Positions 52,168 through 64,000 of a DNA stretch of 64,000 bases are shown here, piece by piece. The notes beneath the pieces are model-generated. The model made no database searches. It saw only the letters and a list, made by a program, of their open reading frames with translations, and was not told where the DNA came from. Positions within the stretch are counted from its first letter, which is position 1; each line of letters starts with the position of its first letter. Both the position numbers and the translations under genes were made by a program. Source of the stretch: Paramecium tetraurelia (lineage: Eukaryota); contig CT867996.1 of the NCBI GenBank assembly GCA_000165425.1, positions 62,001 through 126,000 on the forward strand, read 5' to 3'.

Positions 52168-54794
52168 TCAAATTTAGGTTGCAAAATATTCTCTTTATAT
52201 TTTTCTCTAAAATCCATCAGCTTCCATAGTGTAAGCAATTAGATAATTAGATTAAGGTTTTAATGTTATTTAATATTAATTTCCTCTCTCAGGTTTTTTT
52301 AATTTTAATCCTTGCATAACTGACAATATACCTTTTATTTCTATATTTTCATTACCAGTATTTTGATAATATTCGTAACCAATTCTAACATAAAAATAAA
52401 TTGAGTACCCATATTCTACATGGAATTCAGAAATGATATCAAGATTTGAAAATCCACTTTTTTGGATCTCAGGGTTTCGTTTTGCTAAATAAAAAAGAAT
52501 TTTTTTCATGAAAAATTGATCTTTATCAATCTGTGTAAGGTTCACTTCTTTCGGTCCATAAGCGCTAATTACAAACTCACCCTCACTCATATATTGCCAC
52601 TTCACCTTCACTTATAAAACGTATTGACCTTACTCAAAGTAATCCCCTACAAACACTTATTGCTCCTTCTCATACTTTGCTTTTTTAAATATATAACCTT
52701 AATTAATCTATTAAGCAACTATCATTCTAATTGGCGAATACTTATAATTTGATTCTTAATCTTGATAGTGTCTTAAGGACTTTTATTGAGCCATGAAATA
52801 GTATTCACCTGGGGTATCATTGTTAAATATGAAATATATAGATTCATTCGATTTATTAACTATGGTTTGAGCAGTATTAAAATAATCTTTCTTAAAATAT
52901 CCCACATCGATTGTATTAAAATACCGAATAAAATCTTGATAAGACATGTAGAAAACTCCATCATTAGACCTTTGCTAAATTCTTAATTTCTTTTTTAATT
53001 TTTCAGTCCATGAAGGACTATCATCACTCCATTCACCTCTCCATACTTTTTGGCCCCAAGGATTTCTCAATTTGATTAAAGTGACTTCCCCTTTAATTGG
53101 ATGAAGAATAGTTTGTAATTTCAAAATGGAATAAGCATGATCATAGATTAAGCCCATAATTTCTTAATTAGTAGTAGTACTAGAAATAGTCCCTGTTGTC
53201 ATCAAACATTAATTGTTAACAAGCTTAATAAATCGTTCTTTAAATTTGGGTGAATCAGTTTTTATTGTCTCAGCTGGGCAGCCTGTTAAACTGCGAATGA
53301 CTTCCCCAGGGTCTCCAGATATTATATTTGAATATGATCCAAATGATTTTGCCCATGCTTTTTCCAACAGTAAAACCCAGATTTCTTCCTATTTACTTGA
53401 TGAAAAAGCAGGTTCATTTCCCTTGACAGGAATATAATCATCAAGTATTATGGCTTTCCACATACCATCGATGCAAAGTCTAACTGAAAATATGCCAGAT
53501 GGATTTGCTTTTTGAGTTATAAACAAGTTAAGCAAAAAGTCAGGCCTATTTTAATTATATATTTCTATTACCATCTAGAGACTAACGAACTAGCAACGGA
53601 CAAAAAATAACAATCTCCTAAAGACCCTTGAAAAATATCTTTTGGACTGATCCATTTTCCTAAGCCAAATCTTGATGATGTTTTATTTTAAACAAAAATT
53701 TCATATGAAGGCCAAATGTCCCTTAATCGTTTCCAATTATATTCTGTTAATTTTGAACCTAAACTCTAAGCATTTGCTGGGAATTCTAAATCTGTAAAAA
53801 ATTCATTTGTTCTAATTGACTTATTAAATATTTAGAGAAAAGTTTAAATATTTACGATTTTACAATTTGGAATTACAAAACTCTCGAAATTTATTTCAAG
53901 ATTCAATTTGGCTTCTTAAGTTGGGTCTTCATACTAATTTTATTCTGGAAGTACGGAAATCCTGGATTGAGGTGGTTATTATTATTATTACTACTACTTT
54001 TATTACAATTATTTCTATTATGCTTATAATTGTAGTTGCTATTGTAAATGTAATTATTCCCTTTACTATTCATAGTCCTATGCTTTGATTTTTGTTCGAG
54101 TCTAATTAAGCAATTATTTTTGAGGACTCTAATGTACATAAAGTGGTCTAATATCTTTCTGTTTTTATGGAGAACGATGAGATAGACTTCTCATATTTTT
54201 TTATTATTAACTTGCTATTAACTTTGGGTTATTATAATTATTTTATTCCATTGATTTACTATCTTTTATCCAAGATTTTAGAGTCTAAAGTGTGATCGAA
54301 ATGGGAGAATATTAATTTTTAAACAGTGAATATTCATACTCAGATATCGTTGGGAAGGAGTACTATTCCAAAAAAGTTTTAAACTCTCTTTCATTTAGAA
54401 CATTATCCTTATCCTTATCAAAATCTTTAAAAACTGTTTCAATATCTTACTCTTTGGATTGTATATTTTTAGCAATCAGAATAAATATTTCATTTAAACT
54501 TCTATTTTTTTGTTAAGGCTTGATTGATTCCGCAGTTTTCTTGTGGGGTTAGAGCAATAATTAGTATAATATCTTTAAGGTTAGTGTTGGCGAGGAGAAT
54601 TAAGTTAAAGTAGAATAATAAAACTTTTCAGCTTCTTTTTGAGGTATTTTGTTATCTAGAAGTGTGATACCCAAAACGAATTCCTATTAATCAATAATTC
54701 CATGATTATTGACTTTAAAGTAACTCTTTAGGTTTATTCTTTCCGACAAGTTCAAGAGTATTTTGAGTATTTCATTGGAATAATTCAACATCAT
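52168..54794 (-). CDS. Calpain-family cysteine protease with N-terminal EF-hand region, paralog of 31636-34018
   Basis: EF-hand DKDKDNVLNERE; QGSLGDCYFL, DHAYSI and LRNPWG; intron at the same position as in the paralog; poly-Q linker. Confidence 0.92.
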
Positions 54795-54885
54795 GTAAAT
54801 TTAATAAAGTAAATAGAATTAGACAACTACTTTATTAAATACATAAAAGTAATTATAATAGTGTTCATTTTGATTAATAGAACTG

Positions 54886-56883
54886 ATGAAAAGAATTTAT
54901 TAAAGTAAGTTGATTTAGTCTATTTAAAAGTAATACAATAACTAGATATATTTGGTCAAACAATTGCCCTTAATATCAATAAACAATCTAGCTACAAAAC
55001 ATTTTTTGGTGGAATTTCATCAATCTTGATTATTGCCATATTGATTGCTTTCTTTTTTTCAAATGTTGTGGATTTCCTGAATCAAACTGATATTATATTT
55101 TCACTAGAAACAAAATTCTCTGTAAACCCAGATGCTATGATTTTATCTTAAGAAAATTACATGGCAGCATTTTCAATTGAACAAGAAGGATATGCGATCA
55201 ATCCATACTTCAATATTTCGATAGAATAAAGGTATTATACTACATAGATTCAGATAATATGTTCGAGATGAGAGTGGAAAGTAAATCAAATCTATTAGTT
55301 CTGTTCCTTTGGAACCTTGCACATTATCACACTTTAATGTTTTATTAAAGGAATCAAATTTAAATTTTGAAGAGCAATACAATAGCCTTGATCTATCAAA
55401 TTGGTTATGCCCTAAGTAATTGTATTGAATAAAGTTAGGAAGGATTTTTAATTCAAACTAAGTGGCACATATTCTAGTTAAGAATTTAACTTCATTAAAA
55501 TAGTTATAAAGGAATGTGAATAGGGAAACGAGAATGAATCTGGGTGGAATCCTGTTTGTGCTTCAGAATAAGCAAAATAACAATCTTTAGAAATTAATGG
55601 ATAATTTAAGCTATAAATTTACTAAGTCAATTCAATTATAAATCCAAGTTAATCAAAAGCCTATGTGAGAGCCTATCTGGACGATGAAATGTACTTTACA
55701 TTTATTCCAAAAAAGATGTCCAGATAAGCCAACTTATTTTATAGAAAATACAAGCTTTAGAATGATATATCCCTCTTGCCTATTTAGTATTTAATTTAGT
55801 TCAATATTGAGGAATATCTAATAAGAGGAACTGATTGTCAGACAAAACGCTGATTATCGAGATTTAACAGAAATCGGAAGAGATACTGACGATAAATACG
55901 CTGTAATCTATTTAAGGAGAAGCTAATTTACTGAGATTGTTAAGAGAAGATTTACTTCTATAGGGGAATTACTATCTTACTTAGGGGGGTTTCTTCAAAT
56001 CATGATAACTGGACTTGGCTTATTCATTATATACTACAATAAAATTTAGAGTAATAATTACTAATAATTGAAGTGCAAATAGAATTATCAAATAAACTTT
56101 ATAACTTTAAGATCAACGCTGGTGATAATAGCAAAATTGCGAAGAGAGTAATAAAGTTAAGTTAGATATCTAATGTAAAGGTGCAATAATAGTGTGTGGA
56201 TGATTCATAGAATATGAATATAAACGATAGCCTTATAGATGAGAAATAGAAGAAGAATTATCTGAAGAGTGCAATCATAAAATAGTTTCATGAAGTAAAC
56301 AAGATTAGTTTATCGTTGAAATTAATCTTGAATTAAGTTACTTTTGGATTAATGTTCAATAATAATGATTCTCTATTTTTGAACAAAGCTATGTACGCAT
56401 TATTTGTATTCTTATATTTTAGTAATTAAGTAAATCATGACCTAAACATACATCACATACTTTATAAGATTTAGGAAATACAAAAATTGAAGTAAGTTCT
56501 GTTGAGACGAGCTCAGATTATTTTATTTAATTTTACACCAAAACCTTTGATTACACTGGATGAAGAATACCAATTACCAAATCGAATGGACTTTGAGGAG
56601 AACCTTAACGATTTGATAAGTTCTAAACTCACAGACTAAACTGATAACAATTTGTTCTCAAATCTATATCAAGTACTATTTCATTATCATAGTCATTAAG
56701 GCTTATTTGGAAATAAAGAAGGAGCTCGAGGAATAATCGATGCCTTTTTGTTAGTTTTCAGTGAATGCTTAATTGGCTTCAGAGTTAGGACCATAAATGT
56801 AGGAGATATTCAAAAGATAGGAAATGATTGAAAATTAGGAAAAAGCGGCATTTTCAGTTATTTTAAAGTCTGTAAGTGAATGA
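54886..56883 (+). CDS. Uncharacterised two-TM large-ectodomain protein, paralog of 44634-46621
   Basis: LDIFGQ...KTFFGGISSILIIAILIAFFF; EPC, WLCP, EC, PVC; RRFTSIGELLSYLGGFLQI; intron positions shared with the paralog. Confidence 0.85.
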
Positions 56884-56950
56884 ATTGAGTAAAAGTATTA
56901 TTTGGTTATAACATATTATTATTCACTTTTTATGTGAATTAATATATATA

Positions 56951-59441
<2,491 letters not shown>

Positions 59442-59809
59442 TTATAAATTCTATATAGAAAATAAATTATGATCGTTATTATTATCTATATTATAAATAT
59501 AGCCAAAATATTTAATTAAGTAACTTATGATTATATTATAAAAAAGTGATTATTTATTTCAATAAGATGGTGATACATTTAATCAATCTCGTAGTAGAAA
59601 TTGAGAGTCTAATTATTTAATAGCACGAAATAGATTTGACTTAAAGATGAAATGAAAAAAGTAATATTTTCTGACACTGACTAAAATAATAATTACTAAT
59701 AAAATTATAATTTTACCATATAAAATTTAATAAAGAAAGTTCATCTTTTTTTTATTATAATATGTTAAATATATAATTTTTGTATATATTTATTTTTGAT
59801 ATTAAATAT

Positions 59810-62800
59810 ATGAAATAATAACCAGAACTAGAGATTCCTACTCTATAATAATAGGATAAGTATTTGGAGAAGAAACGACAAGGACAGGGTTTGGATAAGA
59901 ATTTCAAATTATTTAACGACTTTCTTAAATTACGAGAAGCAGGCTTCTCAAAAGTTACTATCATGTTACTTGTTTCCTTTTTTCATTAAGCTTTGAGTTA
60001 TATTGCTTAGTAAGGCTCATTATTATATTATGATATAAGCACCTTGCAGATTTACACTATTCAACAGAGAGTACTTTGTTAAATCAAATTCTAAGTGCAT
60101 GTCAATATGTAGACATCCTCAGTTTATTGCGAATTGACACAAATTTTTCGTATTTCTTCTTTACGATAGCACTAATCTTCACAATTGGTCTGACTCTCCT
60201 CTATTTAATAATATTTATTTTGGGACAAGAGTATAAGCCAAGAAAAAAGTTTATTGGGAAAGTATTTAATTTAACATTATGAAATAGTTATTTGTGTTTC
60301 TTTGTGATATTTATATTTGGCTAATGTTCTTTCCATGTATGGTGACATGTTTTGAATTTTGTATTTGTAACTAAGAATAGGAATGTAATTTTGATATAGT
60401 CAGAATCATCCTAACTTTATTGGCTATTTTTGGATTAATTTGTGGTTTACTTAATATTATAGTATTAACTGCTTTGTTTCATAACAATTGGGAAGATAAA
60501 AAGGATTGTTTTAATGGCGAAAATGTAATCTATTTAAGTAGTTATCAGTTCAGTCGCTTTATAATGGCATTCTTTGTAGTTTTTAGGTATAGTCACTTAT
60601 TATTTTGAAGCACCAAAGCATACACTTTCATATGGCTATTTATGATAGTTTCCTTTTTGCTTTATACATTCTTTTTAATAAACATACTAGTCGGAAGTGG
60701 TTTCTTAGCTTTTGGGACTAAATATACTAGAACATTATTTATCATAATGCTGATATTTTTGGTTAGCGTAACTTTTTCAACAATTGTTGATGAACTACAT
60801 CGAAGTTAGAATTCTGATAAAAGTATTGAAAATTTCAGCGTTTACTTTGCTTTCACTTTGATCTTTCTCTTGTTGACAGTTGGATATAATTTGAGACATA
60901 CTCAAAGTCTAACTATTTAATTTGATATCCATTCTCTCAGTCCTGATGCGTTATAGAAATAAATATATACAACTCTTGCCTTTTTAGAAGTCTCACTCAG
61001 CGACATTTCGATTGACACTTATTTCAAGGGAATTCTGTAAAGACATTTGGATTTCGAATGTCAACATCCTGAGATTAAGGGTGAAGCGAGATGTTTCTGT
61101 AAGAAGAAAAGAGTCTTTGATTCTAAGAAGCGAAAGGAAGTTAGAGTTGAAGAATGGTTTACAATGAAAGCTATAATTATGAAATTTCTGATGAAGAGTT
61201 GGATTGAAACTTATCTTAGCGATAGACCTAATGATGTAGGCATTCAAATACTCTATGCAAGGTATGATATTTGACTAAATTAGGTTTATGTTCAGTAAAT
61301 TCCATAACCATCAAATTGCATTGCATATCCTATCAGATCTAGAAAAGCGATTCACTTTTGTATTGGATAGATACAAATCGTATTAATTGAAATGGAAAAT
61401 AATAAAATTCATAAAGCATAAGAATAGTGATAGTTATAAAGGGAAATTGGAGATTGAAAATGCCTTATTTGTAGAAGAACAAATTGATTCAATAAAAAAC
61501 AATATCACAAACATTCTGAAGTAGAACTGTGTATTTTGGAACAATCTTCAATAAACAACTATTGATATGAGTGAGATGGATAATCTGTTGTAGATGCAAT
61601 TCAAAAAAATAGAAGAGACTAAACATTTATGGATAACAATTACCAATTATTTGGAGTTTAAAAAGAAGTGGAAATTTTATTATGCTTGGTTCACTCTCTA
61701 TGTTTTGAATAAGAAAATTAAAAATAGAATACTTGACAACTTTTAGGGGTTCTAGGTTAATGAGAATGATATCTTCTCAGAAGAACTGCAAGAACATAAT
61801 GACGATGTAAATAGTGTCAAATCTGGATTCTTAGATAATGAGAAAATAGAGATAAAAAGTAGGAAAATAATATTTGATAAAAAAGCATGTATTATATAAG
61901 CAAGTGATGACATTCAATCATCAATTCTCAAGGTTAATAAACAATTTACTCGTATATTTGGTTATTCAAGTGAAGAAGTAGTAAGGATGTAAGTATTATT
62001 GTTAATTTAGGTTTCCAATAAATAATTTGATGCCTGATGTGTATAGTAAAGTGCATCCTCAGATTCTAAATGATTACAAACAGACGGGTAAGAGTAACTC
62101 TCTCTATTCTCAAAGAAAGATTTATTGTCTTCACAAATCTGGCTTTATGTTTACTGCCTGGAAATTCCTAAAACTTTATGTTGATTTGAATGGCCTATCA
62201 TAATTCGTTATTATGGTGAGACCAACTGATTTCGATAATGAGAAGAAGCATGATTACATCATACTTAATAATGATTGGGAGATAAATGGAATGACCAACA
62301 ATGTGCTCTCAGGACTTAATCTCGATCCTCGTCTGTTTAAGAAGGCCTCCTCTGATTTCGTACTCTTCAACGTTCTGTTATTTGCACCCAAACTTATTCA
62401 ATATTCAAGGATAGCTCCTTTGATAAACGAGGAAAGAGATCTGCCCATCTTTGGTATGATGAAGAATCCTAAGAAACCAGTTCAGAAGAAGATTCACAAT
62501 TAAATTGTCCTTGAAAATCAATTATCCAATTCGAGCAAACCCAAAATCAATGTAAATATGCTTGGCTCGTCTTCACTTAAATAATCATTTGGGAAACCCA
62601 TTCAAGGCATGTATTCAGATCTCGATTTTGGATCCAAAGTGTTATTGCCCTAACAATCCATCGATTAATAGATACCATAATAATTGGTGATCCAAAATGA
62701 AAGAGACAAATTCTTATAACATCAAATGAGTTCTATTAGTGATAAGAATGAATTTGAAGATTTCAATAAATAGATAGGTTAATTTGATAAGATCTAAAAT

Positions 62801-64000
62801 CTGAATTAAGAAATGGAACGAAGAGCTGAAGAGTAGATTAATCAACTCAAAGAATCATAATTCTAAAACAATTACTAGAAAATTCAAACTATGGGCAAAT
62901 AAGATAAGGATGCTTACAGTGAGGATAATGCAAGCAGAGATGAAATGATTGAAAAAATCAAAGGCATTAAAATTTTAGAAGGCAAAATCAATGGGGGAGA
63001 ATAAATTCAATTTAGAATGAAAATTCCAGAAAACATGGATAAAATCATCGAATATTATTCATCTTAAAAATCTAAAATGTACTAATTAAAAAAATAATAA
63101 GATGAAGTATGATATCAATTATTACAATTATTTTAGCACGTTAAATAGGAAGAAATGGTAGATCAAGGGAAGAAGAAAGATAAAGACAAGTTATTTGTCA
63201 AATAAGGCACACAACATAGAGAATTTAGAAAAAAGGCTAGATTGATGTTCTAAAAAGCAGCAGAAATGAAACGATGTTAAGATGATGTGTAAATATACTA
63301 ATCATATGATATAGAAATTTCTATGAATTATTGGTTGAGATCTATTAGAAACTAATATAAGAACAAAAATCTCGTACTTTTAAAGTAAATTGTACAATTT
63401 AATTCATTAAAATTAAAGATGAAAGAGTTGGTATAATCAAGATTATATCAATAAATGAAATAATGAAGATTAAAAGAGTGGCCAGAGAAAGGGATGGCAA
63501 TCGCAAACAATCCTTCTTTCTAAAGAATCTTTAACCTTCTAGAGATTTAGTAGTAAAAGGATCAAAATTGTCTGCTACAAACATTTAAAACCAATTTGAA
63601 AACTCAAAATTTGTCTCTATGGCAAGTGAAAGCGATACGAAACAATAAGCAAGTCCTTTGGAAGTTAAAAATAATTAAAAGAATCCTCTTCTAAAAGATA
63701 AATCTTTTAAGGGAAATTTAGGTTATCAGATGAATGTTCCAGTTCAAGAAATGGATGATGATAAGGATCTATTGATTGATAGTAAGGCTTTTAATAAGAT
63801 GATTAATTGGGATACCTTTTAGTAGCAATTCAAGATGCAATAAGGAGCACTTAACTTTTCACTTAATGCTGGAGATAATATATTCAGGAAAGAAGACAAT
63901 AATAGACCTCGTAAATTCTTGATTAAAATTGCGTATCTAACTTGGTTTTTGAGAATAATGTTTGTTGCCATCATTACTTTAAACCTTTTAACTTACTTCC
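59810..64000 (+). CDS. Large multi-pass PAS-domain membrane protein (TmcB-like), 3' truncated by the window
   Basis: Many N-terminal TM helices, GILQRHLDFEC...CFC, a helical repeat region, and PAS ILKVNKQFTRIFGYSSEEV...INNLMPDVYSKVH...HKSGF; frame break at the first intron. Confidence 0.82.

Overview
This is AT-rich, gene-dense eukaryotic DNA, most likely the macronuclear genome of a Paramecium-type ciliate. It uses nuclear genetic code 6 (TAA/TAG = Gln, TGA is the only stop), has tiny GT-AG introns of about 20-38 nt, and often has intergenic gaps of only 20-100 bp. The supplied standard-code ORF track is therefore mostly fragments or antisense noise, so I translated the genes by hand. The window holds about 35 genes. 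Recognisable products are a PP4R4-like HEAT protein, a B-box protein, an RBR zinc-finger protein, two tandem cyclic-nucleotide-binding proteins, an HTH protein, EMC7, a divergent cyclin, an IQ-MORN protein, a hybrid histidine kinase, a Ser/Thr kinase, two LRR-ankyrin proteins, an ANTH-like protein, two EF-hand calpains, an SSNA1-like protein, a TPR protein, an MBOAT, a PAP2 phosphatase, two 2-TM large-ectodomain proteins, a CNBD K+ channel, PKG and a PAS/TmcB-like membrane protein that runs off the end. Several genes appear damaged: one clear kinase pseudogene, two degenerate loci, two +1 insertions in the K+ channel, and a frame break in the PAS gene. I saw no rRNA, tRNA, CRISPR, telomere or intact transposon. 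The best leads are a pair of uncharacterised 2-TM proteins with DEG/ENaC/P2X/PAC-like topology, an RBR protein lacking its catalytic Cys/His, and the frameshifted K+ channel. Boundaries come from manual translation, and family calls come from remembered motifs, not database searches.
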